Below are positions 24,269-38,181 of a stretch of 64,000 bases of DNA, piece after piece (within the stretch, counting starts at the first letter, position 1; each line of letters opens with the position of its first letter). Under the pieces are notes generated by a model. The model was not told the origin of the DNA. It saw only the letters and a program-made list of their open reading frames with translations, and searched no databases. The translations under genes were made by a program, and so were the position numbers. The stretch comes from Octopus sinensis. Taxonomy: Eukaryota. Where the stretch lies: NCBI RefSeq assembly GCF_006345805.1, contig NC_043012.1:11532001-11596000 (forward strand), given 5' to 3'.

Positions 24269-24729
24269 CTTTTTTTTAAATATGTGTGTATGTGTATATG
24301 TATATATGTGTGAGCGTGTGAGACATAAAGAAAGGAAACGTGGTCTGGTAGTGACACAACTGAGAGCTCAACCATATGGCCGTAGGTTTGATTCCTGACT
24401 GCGTTATGTCCTTAGGCAAGGCAATTCCCCATCTTCGACTCCATCAAGCTAATGTAAATGAACATTAAATCTGTCAGAGTTCTCGGCCAGTATCAAGATA
24501 GCGCAGCAATGTTACCGAGTTGATGATAGAATATATATATAAAAACAACTTCTTGGCATGAATGGAGTTACGTCCATCGGTGGACTGTTATGTGTTATCT
24601 TTGCACTTTTATATATCTTTTAATCTGTAACGACTGGCAAATATCAGTGGAAAGTAGATGATCTTTTTTTTTCTACTCTACGCACAAGGCCCCAAATTTT
24701 GGGGGAGGGGGCCAGTATACATACATACA

Positions 24730-24764
<35 letters not shown>

Positions 24765-24828
24765 GCGTACATGTATAAACCATAATATATATATATATAC
24801 ATACATCCGTATATACATACATATATAT

Positions 24829-24914
<86 letters not shown>

Positions 24915-25439
24915 CTTACGAAACATTTTGGATTTGAGACAAAATTCTCGGTTATCAGTCCATATATGAAAAGTAAAACTTGAATCCATCAAATGCTTCA
25001 TAACAATTTATATGCAAAATAATTATTTCGAAATGAGAGGCAAACACGCAATGAAACTATGCATATTTAGCGATATTTAAATCGTATAAATTTGTATATA
25101 CAGGATCGGTTCGTTGCATTGGAGGCCCTAATATTAAAACTCACAAAAGTATATGGAAAGTTCGAAGGGAGAAGTCCAAATAAAAATTCAAATGTGAAAG
25201 TTAACGCACACATCCTACGGCTGTTTCAGGAACATGGTGGTAAGAATAGATATCGATTTAAAATCGATATTTACTCTTATCGTAGATATTGATTTTAAGT
25301 CGATATTATGTGGGTTCATTTGGTATTTCAGATAAAAATTTTCCAGACGCTCTTTGAAGACCTTACATCAACACCTCGCAAATATGTATGAAGTTGTTTG
25401 GCAAAATGTTTAACAATTATGCATCCTTGAAACTCAAGC

Positions 25440-26345
25440 TGTTACAGTACTGGGTCCTTATTCGCGATAGAGAAGACGGAATATTTGGTGTTATATAGTG
25501 CCATCCAGTTCAGTGATTGGTATAGCTTTCAATTCCAAAGATGGGAGCTAGACTTTCCTGGATCTTCCATATGAATTTCATCGCTTATCTTTCACGCCTT
25601 CTCTCAGGGGCGTAGTTTCAGTTCCTTTACCCTCCCCCAGTAGCTCATCTGTTTCACTGTGTCAATCCCCTTCGTGTAGCGGTGTTGTATAGCTTCAAGT
25701 TACGCTTCTAGTTTGACGCTCCACTGTGACCACAATTGGAGGCAGTAATCCAGGTCTGAGAACAAAGGCCCTCCATAGGAGTAACATGGTATCTTTTTTC
25801 TTGGTTCTGAATAATCTCAGAATCCACCCAGCTACTCACCTGCACAATGTTACCATCTTGGTATCATGCACATATGGTATCATGCACATGTAGATTCCAA
25901 AGTCACGCACCGACACTGACTCTGGGATTGCACTAGCCCCTGGTCCTGTGCTTGAAACTTCTCAACATTGAACTACATGTTATTTTCACCAGGTCGTTTT
26001 GAAGTTTTAGAATGTCAGCAGGTCCTTGACCGCCCTTGATGCTTTTGCATCATCAGTATAGCTGGTAGGAGTGGCTGATTGTATGGTATGGTTGAGAGCA
26101 TGTCTGAGAGAGCCGTCACTAACAGTAATGGTCACATTACATTCCCTTGAGGGATTACACTGCGAATTGACGCGTCCTCAGAGAGAGCACCAATGACTGA
26201 AACTGTCTGGCTTCAGTCTTTTAGAAAATCATACGACCACTCATGTAGTTTTCCACCCTCACCAATGTCGAAATACTCATTCCTTCAAGGAGAACGTCGA
26301 TCAAGTTTGTCTTTTAGTGAAACAAAATTAACTCTCCATTTAGTC
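25440..26345 (-). pseudogene. CR1-type LINE reverse transcriptase relic
   Basis: Catalytic SYTDDAK near 26040-26060; downstream DYCxQLWS- and L..RRRER-like motifs, broken by frameshifts. Confidence 0.7.
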
Positions 26346-26428
26346 ATTAACAAAGAATACACACATACACATACTTATAGAATACATACGTAAAAATATG
26401 TGCGCACGCTCACACATATGTATAGAAT

Positions 26429-26492
<64 letters not shown>

Positions 26493-26496
26493 CATA

Positions 26497-26605
<109 letters not shown>

Positions 26606-26610
26606 GTATG

Positions 26611-26649
<39 letters not shown>

Positions 26650-26654
26650 TTGAA

Positions 26655-26992
26655 GGCGCATGGCTCAGTGGTTAGAGCGTCGAGCTTACGATCGTGAGGT
26701 TGTGAGCTCGAATCCCGGACCGGGCTGCGTGTTGTGTTCTCGAGCAAGGCACTTTATTCACGTTGCTCCAGTTCACTCAGCTGTAGAAATGAGTTGCGAC
26801 GTCCCTGGTGCCAAGCTGTATCGACCTTTGTCTTTCCCTTGGATAACACTGGTGGCGTGGAGAGGGGAGGCCGGTATGCATGGGCGACTGCTGGCCTTCC
26901 ATAAACAACCTTGCCCGGACTTGTGTCTAGGAGGATAACTTTCTAGGTGCAATCCCATGGTCATTCATGACCGAAGGGGGTCTTTACCCCTT
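26655..26992 (+). mobile_element. tRNA-derived SINE family C with 14-bp TSD
   Basis: tataaatagttgaa at 26641-26654 and 26993-27006; other copies at 50085-50420 (-) and 63790-64000 (+). Confidence 0.9.
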
Positions 26993-27186
26993 TATAAATA
27001 GTTGAAATTAATATAAAAACAAAAGACGAAGACATGTGTAGGAACAAGCAAGTGTATGAGTTTGACGCTCGGGAAAAATGGAAAAGTCTTACGTTTCGAG
27101 TCTTCGATAGAAAAGAATAAATTAGGAGCGAAAGAAAAAAGATCGTGTAGAGTTCAGCGGTCCAACATACATACATACATACATAC

Positions 27187-27710
27187 ATACATACACGATG
27201 ATGGCTGCCCCCTCGTTATTGAGTATGGCCATTGCACGAAGCTTAACTGTTATTGGTGCTGTGATCGAATGTAACTTTTTAGCCCAGCTAAAGATCTACA
27301 ATGTCTTGTACAAAATTGGCAACTAAGACCTTTACTGGTAATAGCCGGCTGTAGTTGTGACTGGGCTTCATGTACCTTTGCATGTCGTTTAAGTCCTCCT
27401 GCCGAATTACACTCTCTTCCACATGCCCGACAGATATGATTAGTATGGTGTGTAACACCACCACAAGTGGCTAGGTTGTCACTCATCTGTCTCGCTTTAT
27501 GACTACGAAGATGACTCTTGAGTTCAGCTCTACTGAGGCAGGGTCTTGCACAGACACTGCATGTCAGCATCATAGGAAGACTCTTCCCATCTGGAAGTGT
27601 AACAGCGATGCCCTTCCTGACATCCCTCCTTATTTTCTCATGCGCAACTCGAGATTTCTCAAAAGTAGCTGTCCCCTCGTGCACAATCCTTCTCCACCTG
27701 CTACGATCTA
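27187..27710 (-). mobile_element. RTE-type LINE 3' end: three C2H2 zinc fingers, 3' UTR and (TATG)n tail
   Basis: DRSRWRRIVHEG..CSVCARPCLSRAELKSHLRSH..CRACGRECNSAGGLKRHAKVH..CQFCTRHCRSLAGLKSYIRSQH. Confidence 0.75.
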
Positions 27711-27712
27711 TA

Positions 27713-28030
27713 GTCAGTTTATGATATAGGCAAGAAAGTTCTGAGATTGATACAAAGAAAGCATCAAGATTGGTTTAAAGAAAATGATGAACATATAGAT
27801 GATTTATTGGCTGTTAAAAGACGTACTTTCTCACGCTATTTGTCAGCAAAGCCACAGGAAAGGGAAGTGTTGCATAGGGAACTCAAGGATGTAAAATCAC
27901 GTGTAAGGCAAAGGTTCTCTCAGATGAGGGATACGTTGTGGAGTAAGAAGTCTGACGAGATACATGTGGCGGCGGATTCCAATAACACAAAGCTGTTGTA
28001 TGGTCTTTTGCGAGAAGTTTATGGACATGC
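27713..28030 (+). mobile_element. RTE endonuclease-RT linker fragment, inverted relative to its 3' end
   Basis: RKHQDWFKENDEHIDDLL..WSKKSDEIHVAADSNNTKLLYGLLREVYG is typical of the RTE/BovB ORF. Confidence 0.75.
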
Positions 28031-28089
28031 ATACATACATACAAAAGTACTCCCTTGATGTCTAAATTCCAGTGTATGAGCTTGGGTCT

Positions 28090-28515
28090 AGGTTAGAAAC
28101 CGGTTCTTTCTCTATTGGCATCCTGTCCAGGTGGGGAACACATACGCCATTGAAACCGGGAAACCGGGGCCATGAGCCTGGCTAGGCTTTAAAAGGGCGC
28201 ATTTGTGGAGGATTAATGCCTCAGTGGTTAGAGCAGCGGACTCACGGTCGGAGGATCGCGGTTTCGATTCCCAGACCGGGCGTTGTATGTATTTATTGAG
28301 CGAAAACACCTAAAACTCCACGAGGCTCCAGCAGGTGATGGTGGCGACCCCTGTTGTACTCTTTCGCCCTAACTTTCACTCACTCTCTCTTCCTGTTTCT
28401 TGAGTAACGCTGCGATGGACTGGCGCCCCGTCCAGCTGGGGGGAGCACATACGCCACAGAAACCGGGAAACCGGGCCCATGAGCCTGGCTAGGCTTGAAA
28501 AGGGCGCATAAATAA
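28090..28515 (+). mobile_element. SINE family D variant with an extra 3' fragment in front
   Basis: gaaaccgggaaaccggg..catgagcctggctaggctt occurs twice. Confidence 0.75.
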
Positions 28516-28767
28516 ATAAAAACAATATATATACCAACCCGTCTTAGAGCAAAGTATGGCTGAACTAGGAGAGAAAATGCGAATTCGTATATTTTTATGC
28601 TACAAATGATCGCAATGTCTGGGACTATAATTATCTGCAGCAGCTTCTTAAGGTCCAAAGGATGACGGTTTAAAAGAAGATACTTTTCTTCATAATCTTC
28701 CTACCAAGCAGGTAGCTGTTCAAATTTTACTCTAAATTAAAAAGACAAAAGAGAACATATATACATA

Positions 28768-28806
<39 letters not shown>

Positions 28807-28999
28807 ATATATATATACATACGTGTATATACAAATATGTATATGTGTGTCTATTGTAACCGTACGAATATAGATTACGTTGCATTACATTGCAATGGCT
28901 GCGTCGTGCAGTTACGACTTTCATTGTGATTCACCGACTGCGTCAATCGGTGGAATTCTGTTTAACTGGTGATGTAATTGTGGGTGGTCCGTCTAGTTC

Positions 29000-29242
29000 A
29001 CGTCTGGTGGTGGTGGCGGCGGCGGCGGTAGTGATGGTGGTGTGGTGGTGGAGGTAGTGATGGTGGTGGTTGTGGTGGTGGTGGTGGTTGTGGTTGTGGT
29101 GGGGTAAAAAAAAATTTTTAGGTCACATTCTGAAAGTACTAAAATATGTTTTAACACGATGATTTCACATCAAGAATCTTATGAAACAATTAAAAGACAC
29201 ACACACACATAATATATATATATAAAAATGTGTGTGTGTGTG

Positions 29243-29274
<32 letters not shown>

Positions 29275-30114
29275 TTTAAAACACCCGAAAGCGAATTTTT
29301 CGCATTTTCTATTCGATATATATAGTATGTATTTATAAATGGTTTTCATGATGTTGATGGCGTTGCTGTCCATGTTGTTGCGATGCTAACACTGTCGCGG
29401 TTGTAGTTTCTCGTATTGACAATAGTCGTAATGATGATGACGATGACGATAATGATGAAGATAATGATGATGATAGTGGTGCTGGTGTCGGTGGTGGCGT
29501 AGTGGTGGTTATGGTGGTGGTGGTTATGGTGGTGGTGGTTATGGTGGTATTGGTGGTGGTAGTGGCACTGGCGGTGGTGGTGATGGTGGTGGTTATGGCT
29601 GTGATGATGATGATAATGATGATAGTGATGGTCGAGGTGGGGATGATGGTGGTTATACTGGTGGTGGTGGTGATGGTGGTGGTTATAGTGGTGGTGGTGG
29701 TGATGGTGGTGGTTATGGCTGTGATGATGATGATAATGATGATAGTGATGGTGGAGGTGGGGATGATGGTAGTTATACTGGTGGTGGTGGTGGTGGTGAT
29801 GGTGGTGGTTATAGCTGTGATGATGATGATAATGATGATAGTGATGATGGTTATAGTGGTGGTGGTGATGGTGGTGGTTATAGCTGTGATGATGATGATA
29901 ATGATGATAGTGATGATGGTTATAGTGGTGGTGGTGATGGTAGTAGTGGTATTGATAGTAGTGGTGGTAATGTTGGTGATATTGTTCGTGATGATAATGA
30001 TGGTGATGTTGATGATGATGATGATGGTATTTTTGCTGTTTAGTGAGTTGAAGGTAAGCTTGCTAATCCTCATAGAGCTGCCACCATTGTTTAAGTAGGC
30101 ACAAGGATAGACAT

Positions 30115-30182
<68 letters not shown>

Positions 30183-30490
30183 TGTGGAGAAAAATGCCAA
30201 TAATTAGGTTAATATCGTCGCCATCAAGATATGCGATATAATCTCTTGGTGTAGCCAACATGACCATCACTATAAACAACGACAATCACCATCGGCACTA
30301 CACCTCCGCCAACCCCCGCCAGAACAACAACAACAGCAACAATGACAGTGGCTGCAATAACAACTGCCACCACCACCACCACCACCACCACCACCACCAC
30401 CACCACCATCACTACCATTACCATAACAGGAGCACTATCATCATCATCATCATCATCATCATAACCATCACCATCATCATCGCCATCATC
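29000..30490. repeat. Compound GGT/GAT/AGAC/CAC/CAT microsatellite field with higher-order repeats
   Basis: Direct reading; blocks such as ggttatggctgtgatgatgatgataatgatgatagtgatgg recur. Confidence 0.9.
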
Positions 30491-30734
30491 TCTTAATGCA
30501 CGTAAGTGAAATACTGCAAGAATTGGCTCAGCCCTCTGTCGTTTTGACCACTGAACTATTTCTATTAATAATGATAATAATTAAAATTTTTTTTCTATTA
30601 AGCTTAAAAAATTTTTTTTATTAAGCTTTAAAGAGTTCACAAAAACATTGGGTACAGTACAGGACGATACAATGTGGGATCACATAAAGGATTGAAATAA
30701 GAACAACACCGAAAATTCAGTAAGAGACGAGGTA

Positions 30735-30971
30735 TTATGTACATTTTTTACATTATTTACAGTATTGACATTCGACGGATATTTGTCCTCATCTTGTTTG
30801 TTGTTAACACAACGTTTCGGCTGATATACCATCCAGCTTTCTATAGGTGTCTTGGGGAAATTTATAAGGCGTAGTGGTTAAGATCGCGGGCTACTAACCC
30901 CAAGATTCCGAGTTCGATTCCAAGTGCGATTCCTTTCCTGAATGATAATAATAACAATGATGATGATGATG

Positions 30972-31003
<32 letters not shown>

Positions 31004-31190
31004 TATAATGATGATGATGATAATAATAACATCGAAAAATACCTTAGGAATGAGAACCCAGGTTCGAATTTTCCCCGAGATACCTGAAGAAGTCTGGAGG
31101 GTATATCAGCCGAAACGTTTTGTTAACAAGAAACAAGATGAGGACAAATATCCACCAAATGTAAATAATGTAAATAAACACTAACAATAA
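30735..31190 (+). mobile_element. Composite element: inverted tail + tRNA-like head + (ATA/ATG)n + HHR-bearing tail
   Basis: ~30735-30862 is the reverse complement of ~31065-31190; B box gagttcgattcc near 30907; HHR-like folds at 31079-31124 (+) and 30806-30851 (-). Confidence 0.7.
31079..31124 (+). ncRNA. Minimal hammerhead ribozyme, partly decayed
   Basis: gatac CUGAAGA a-gucug..cagcc GAAA CG UU uuguu; the sister copy keeps helix I gacac/guguu but has a mutated core. Confidence 0.6.
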
Positions 31191-31204
31191 ACGACAACAA
31201 CAAA

Positions 31205-31536
31205 ATATTCCCCAAACGAGGAACACTTCTAAGGACTAGTGGAAACGTCGCAAAAGTACGGTCACCGAGCTCAGTAAGGCCTTCTGCTTGTTGTCTTCTT
31301 TAAATCTAAACTCAGAAGACCAGAGTAGGCTCGCTAATCTCACTTAGCCTTCAACAAATTTGCTGGAAAGCAACCCTTCTCTCTCAACATTTCCTTTCCT
31401 TTTCAAGCTGAGGGCTTGATCAAAGAGGAAATTGTGTTTTTATTCCTTACAATCTGGTCGACCACACAAACTCTTTCTCACAGATAAACAATGCGTGTTC
31501 CTTCACCACCGCCAACACTAACACGAGCACTATCAC

Positions 31537-31599
<63 letters not shown>

Positions 31600-31771
31600 T
31601 ATCATCATCATCATCATCATCATCATCGTCATGCATCCTCCTCTGCTTCCTCCTCCTCCTAAGAGATGATGACGATGATGATGGTGATAATTATGATGAT
31701 GATGATGGTGAGGAGGAGGAGGAAGAGTAGGAGGAAGCAGAGGAGGATGCATGACGATGATGACGACTATA

Positions 31772-31803
<32 letters not shown>

Positions 31804-32265
31804 AGTGTTCATGTTATGGTGGTGGTGGTGTTAGTTTTGGCGGTGGTGGTGAAGTAACACGCATTGCTTATCTGTAAGAAAGAGTTTGTGTGGTCGACCG
31901 GATTGTGAACAATTTTCACAACGAACTCAGTTGATAGCTGGATCCGTCCTACATGTGACAATAAGTGTTCGATATAACCCAGCAAGTCATCAATACTCGG
32001 ACATAGGACGAGTGCATGCAGATCAGTTTCGCCGCTCTATGCGCATCTCGGTCAGGTTCAGCTGACGGCACTTCCGTGCTAGTAGACTTTATCTCTAACC
32101 GGCAATGCCCCTCAGTATCACTGCCAGGGCAGGGATTCCTGGATATTATCCATAGGCTTCAGTCGAAAAGTTCTCCAGAAGGGATCAGTCAGTTCGTCCT
32201 CGGCGATGTCCAGAGTTTTCCGCGAAAGCGTCGTAGCCCTAAAAAGTTTGGAATAATATTCTTTT
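31205..32265. mobile_element. L1/Tx1-like LINE fragments rearranged around a CAT/GAT microsatellite
   Basis: 31447-31498 and 31858-31909 are inverted copies; 31970-32260 resembles 35340-35530. Confidence 0.55.
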
Positions 32266-32297
32266 GCCATTCTATCTTTGTTCAAGCGAACTTTGTA

Positions 32298-33504
32298 TTA
32301 AGTTGTCCCAAATGAAGTGGCCAGTTTCTAAACTTTGTTTTTCATGATTTCATTTCTGGTATATTTTATAGCATCAAATCTTCCTCTGCATTTTCACATA
32401 CTATTTACCCAGCATCACGGTTTTAGAAAATCTTAAGGTTATTACTGATTATATGAAGGTTGAATGTTTTTGTCTTACTTTTACAGATCTTATCTGGTAA
32501 AGAAGTCAGACTTTTGCTTTTTTATGAATTCTAAACTCGGTAAAAATGTGTCTCAAGCTGTCGAGAATATGTTTCATTTGGAGTGGCAACTTGCACTGCA
32601 AGAACAGAAAGAAGATGGTTCACTGAATTTAGATCTTAAGATATGTGTCTGAATACTGAGTCCGTGGACGCTCTTCTTCAGTGGTCAATGCTAAACCATT
32701 CAAACATACAGTTGAGGCTCATCCTTGCACTGCTGTTGAAGCTCTTTTTAATAACTTAAAGGTTTTCGAGCCATCTGAAGGATATCATCTTACAAAAATC
32801 CTTAAGGTGAAAAAGCTGGACAACCTTGTTCCATGAATTAAGAGCTCCAAACAAGGCGCGGCGTTTGTCAGTCTGTTGTTTTTTCCTTGCGCAAAACGAA
32901 AGGTTTTTTGAAAAATACAATCAGCTGTGACGACAAATGAATCTCTTATGACAGCAGTAAAAGATCTCCACAATGGCAAGATTCTAAAGAGTTGGTAGAG
33001 TATATTTTAAAATACTCTTTACACTCTACAAAAGTATGGTTACTATTTGTTGGTACTGTCAAGGAATCATCCATTATTCATTTCTGCAGCCAGGAGAAAC
33101 AGTAACATCCCAATCCAAATGCCAGCAAATTGAAGAAATGAATTCCAAATTAGCCAGAGAACATCCGGCATTGCTAAAAAGACAAGGGTTTATACTCTTG
33201 TATTTCAATGTCAGAGTCCCGCATCGTAAATCAAGTCCAAGCAAAGATTATCCAGACTTGTTACCAATAGAGTATCAGTTATTTTGCCACTGAGCTTTGC
33301 ATCGGCGACAAAGATTATGCAAACAAAGATGTAAGGAAAACATTTGAACCGTTTATAGATTCAAAAGGCAATATTTTTTTAGTCTCCCAATGTAATAGGA
33401 AAAACTTGTTGAAGCTTATGGAGTCTATTTTCATTAACAAATCGTGATTATAAATAGCGTTTCTCATTCATTTTTAAGAGGCCATTTTTTGTGGGACAAT
33501 CTTA
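32298..33504 (+). mobile_element. Degenerate near-full-length mariner element
   Basis: TA-flanked TIRs t(t)aag(a)ttgtccc; relic MVTIxWxxQGIIHYSFLQPGET..PDL of a DD34D transposase. Confidence 0.85.
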
Positions 33505-33526
33505 TATGATATGTATGCATGTACGT

Positions 33527-33830
33527 GGTGGAGGCACATGGCTTTGTGGTTAGAGCAGCGGACTCGCGATCGGGGGATCGCGGGTTCAAATCTCAGACCG
33601 GGTGATGTGTGTGTTTATGAGCGAAACACCTAAGCTTCACGCAGCTCCGGCAGAAGGTAATGGCGAACTTCTGCTGCTCTTTCACTACACCTTTCTCTCA
33701 CTTTTGCCTCCTGCATCTTGCAGCGCACCTGCGACGGACCGGCGTCCTGTCCAGGTGGGGAACCTATACGCCAAGGAAACCGGGAAACCGGCCTTTATGA
33801 GCCAGGCATGGCTCGAGAAGGAATGAACAA
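33527..33830 (+). mobile_element. SINE family D
   Basis: A/B boxes; matches 11378-11640. Confidence 0.9.
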
Positions 33831-34508
33831 TGCATGTACGTGCGTGCGTATGTATGTATGTATGTATGTATGTATGTATGTATGTATGTATGTATGTATG
33901 TATGTATGCATGTATGCATGCATGCATGCATGCATGCATGCGTGCATGCATGAATGTATGTATGTATGTATGTATATGTATGTATGTTTGTATGTATGTA
34001 TGTATGTATGTATGCATGTATGCATGTATGTATGTATGTATGAATGTATATAAGTATGTATGTATGCATGTAAGTGCATAAGTACTAGTGGGTGTATGTA
34101 TGTATGCATGCAAGTATGTGTATGTTTGTTTGTAGTATGTATTTATGTATGTATGTAATTATCCGTGATTATCTCCCTCATTCTCTCCTTCTCTCTCCCC
34201 TTCTCTCCTTCCTCTTTCTCAAATTATGTATGTGAGAAGGCGCGACTGTTGTAAGCCTAGGCAAGCACTAGCTCAACTCTTCTGACTCTGAAAGAAGCCC
34301 GACCGCCTCCTCACATGGGAGGTCCTTGCTGTGGGTTACATAGGTGCAGGCTTGTACAAATCACTGGCCTCAAGCACACGAAACACACAGTCAGATGGAT
34401 TATCTCAGAGAAAATCCGGCGAAAAATATAGACTAAGTCAAAAACAATGAAATGAAGCCAATCTGTCTCCAGACACTGTCTAGACTATAATAATAATAAT
34501 AATAATAA

Positions 34509-34542
<34 letters not shown>

Positions 34543-34546
34543 TAAT

Positions 34547-34587
<41 letters not shown>

Positions 34588-34639
34588 TGATGATGATGAT
34601 GATGAGGAGGAGGAGGAGGAGGAGGATGATGATGATCTT

Positions 34640-35935
34640 TAGTGGCCACTAGAGCTAACCACAAAAATTCGTGAATAAAAAGTAAAACAAAGAATAATTA
34701 AGTACAAGAATTCAACAACAAAATTCCTCAAAGATGAAGAGTTCCACCCAGGGAAAACCAAAGGACCCCACACATACTGGTTACCCCGAGACCACCAGGG
34801 ACAACTCAGCAAGTGCCTCTTTCTCTCTCTCTCCCCAGTTCCTCTGTTGTAGGCCCTTTCAGAGTTGCCCCATTCACACAGTCCATCACCCGCTCCACAT
34901 CCAACCACTTTTCAACAAAGCATACTGGCGTGTGTATGTGTGGTGGTGGTGGTGGTGGTGGTGGGGTAATTACCTTTCCAGCCTTACTTTCCTTTTCAAG
35001 TGGAATTGAAAAGGTCGATGAGGGCTTAGCCGAAGAGGAAAGTATCTGTCTTCAGTCCTTTCAGTCTCGTCCACCACACAAATTCCTTCGCCATAGCCGC
35101 CAGACAAAAGAAAACTGCCTTTTCTTCCCGGCCAAGGCGGAGGGGCGATCTTCACGATGGACTTGGCTGATAACTGAATCCTTCTTATGATAGCTGATCG
35201 ACAATACTCCACAAGTAAGTAATGGGTGGACACTGCACGAGTGCAAGCAGAATACTTTTGGTCACCCTGCGCACATCTCGGACAAGAAAAGGAAAGTAAG
35301 GGTGGAAAGGAAATTACCTCCCCCCACCACCACACATACACACGCCAGTATACTTTGACAGCATTTCCGTGCTAGTAGAACGTGTCTGGAGCCGACTGAT
35401 ATCCCCGGTAGCACTTCCAGGCCAGGGATTTCTGGAAATTATCCATAGACTTCGGCGCGAAAGTCCTCCGGAAAAGACCAGCTAATTGATCCCGACCGAC
35501 GCCCAAAGTTTCCCCTAGGACGTCGTTGCTCTTGCCCGCCACTACTCCAATGTGGAACTTCCACTCGCGTCATTACCCAACTGGTGGAGGGCCTTGAGCG
35601 CTTGCCGACACTCTAGATGTCAAGCACCCATTCTCGGACTACGCTTGTTCCAGGGCTGTAGCTCCGTCAATGACACGAGCTTCGGAAAATGCTATCTGAC
35701 AAACGGTGACCACACCTGCTCACCGTCAAGGAAACGTTTGAGATGTCGCAGCCACAACGCATGTCTGTGCATTATTGGCCACGGCGTACCTGGTTCTCCA
35801 GTCAGCAGCTTCTGACGGCTGATGGACCGTTTGACGAGCGGAACAGATCCCTTCCACAGAAAACGGAAGGGTAAGCGCTCCAGCTTGATCATCCATGAAG
35901 CAGGATAAGGGTTTAGTCTGGTGTGCTAACAATTC
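34640..35935 (-). mobile_element. 5'-truncated L1/Tx1-like LINE relic with internal rearrangement
   Basis: Degenerate C-terminal coding sequence shared with 31970-32260; adjoins a (TAA)/(GAT) tract. Confidence 0.5.
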
Positions 35936-36538
35936 TGACAGCTCGTTGCTTTTAATAATAATATAATAATAATAATAATAATAATAATGATAATAAATAA
36001 TATCTTGTACATGAACAAGATACCGAATTAGGGAGTATGTTTTAGCTGTTCAAGTCAACTTCTCTACGTAACACTACTATGTTTTTTTTCGAACCTGCAA
36101 GGATAAAAAACAAAGCTGATTTCGAAGGGATTTCACTCACAAACAGCGCAAAGCTTTTTATCCGACCCTCTAACGATACTCCACCGCTCAGTAACACGAC
36201 ACTCCTCTCTGTTCTTCCATGCTATGCTGTAATAAACATACTTTTGTTTATTTACCCATCAATATAATGCATAACACGGGCATATATATACTTACACAAA
36301 TTCACACACACACACACACACACACACACCACACACACACACACACACATATATATATAATATATATCTATATATAGCATTTATATATATATGTAATATA
36401 TGTATGATATATATATGTGTAAATATATGTGTAAATATATGTGTATATATATATATATATACATATTATATACATACATATTATATGTATATATGTATAT
36501 TACATACACATATGTATATATGTATATATATATATATA

Positions 36539-36580
<42 letters not shown>

Positions 36581-37617
36581 TATATATATACACACATGTA
36601 TATATATACATACACGCACATATTATATATATATATAGAGAGAGAGAGAGAGATAGATATAGAAATGTTATGTATATATGCATGTACTTATACACTCATA
36701 TACATAGATACACAAGCACCAACGCACAACTCCCACAACACACACACACACACAACACACACACACACACACACACACACATATTATATATGTGTGTGTG
36801 TGTAATTCTATATATAGTTTTTCATTAGGCAAATAATTCTTTGTTGTACACAGCACTCATCCCTGCAATCATTTTTGTCTGATCCTTGTTGTTTTCCTTT
36901 TATTATCCCGAGACTACATAATCCCCAATTATATTCTGCTGCTATTTCTGTTTGCCTCATCGTCCTTATCCCTTCCGCATTGTGTGAATTCATCCCCTAA
37001 TAATCTATCTAATTACTATCATTTACACCGTATAAGTACTAGACCAACGTATGTATACATATACATACATGTACATGTATATGTGTATGTATGTATGTAT
37101 GTATGTTGTATGTATGTATGTATGTATGTATGCATGTATGTATGTATGTATATATATATGTACACACGCGCACACACACATGTATATATGAATGGTTACA
37201 TCACATACATACATGCATACATACATACATACATGCATACATACATGCATACATACATGCATACATACATACAAACATACATACATACATACATGCATAC
37301 ATACATACATACATACATACATACATACATAAACATGGCGCCGGTAACATAAGACGTGCCGGCGTTGAGGACCGTTTAAAATGCTTTTTTTTTTTTAAAC
37401 GTTTTCTTCTACAATGATGCCGACACCTCCAACCTAAATCAATAATTGGATTATTTCTCCAAATTATAAACCAGACATTTCCCCTTATCAACGCAGCGTT
37501 ATTCTGACCGTATTGTTTAAAAAATATACCTTACACCACGTGTCATTCTTTTAATGCGATTGTCGCTGATGCTAATTACAACACCGAGGCAAACAGTACT
37601 ATTGAGCTAGTAAACTA

Positions 37618-38181
37618 TTGGGTTGTCCGGAAAGTTCGTGCCGATTTTTAAAGGAAAGAAAAAGGTCAATAAATACTTGCCATTACATTCTTAATCAACC
37701 AAATATGAACCATTTTGTTGCACAATGCGTCTCCATCTTTCCTTTAACATGAAAATACCCTCTTCCCAGAACTGTGGTGGTTTCATGGCAAAGAATTCAT
37801 CAAGGTATCTTTTTACATCATCCAAGAAATTGAATTTTTACCATTAAGACTATTCTGCAGAGACCTGAATAAGTGGAAATCCGAAGGAGCAATATCTAGG
37901 GAATATGGAGGGTGGGGTAACACATCCTAGCCGAGCTGCAGCAATTTTTGTCTGGTTCCCAAAGCATCAAGTGCCGAAAATGGACTTTCTTATCTTCCAT
38001 TTTAAAGGGTTACAGAACTAACACAGGTATAGGAGCATAAATCTTCTTCCACGAAAAGATAGCTTAAACTGTGCTCTAAATGGAGGTGTAGTCAAATCCT
38101 ATTTTATAGACTCAACCATGTTCTAAAATAAGTCGAAAGGTAAGCTATTATAAATCGGCACGAACTTTCCGGGCAACCCAA
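37618..38181 (-). mobile_element. Internally deleted mariner element
   Basis: TIRs ttgggttg(t/c)ccggaaagttcgtgccgattt, TA-flanked; carries a HPPYSxDIAPSDFHLF relic. Confidence 0.9.

Noticed and set aside
26654-26730. tRNA gene-like sequences (also at 6995, 11378, 23953, 33527 and 63790)
   Set aside because: A/B boxes are present but there is no closed acceptor stem, and they continue into SINE bodies.
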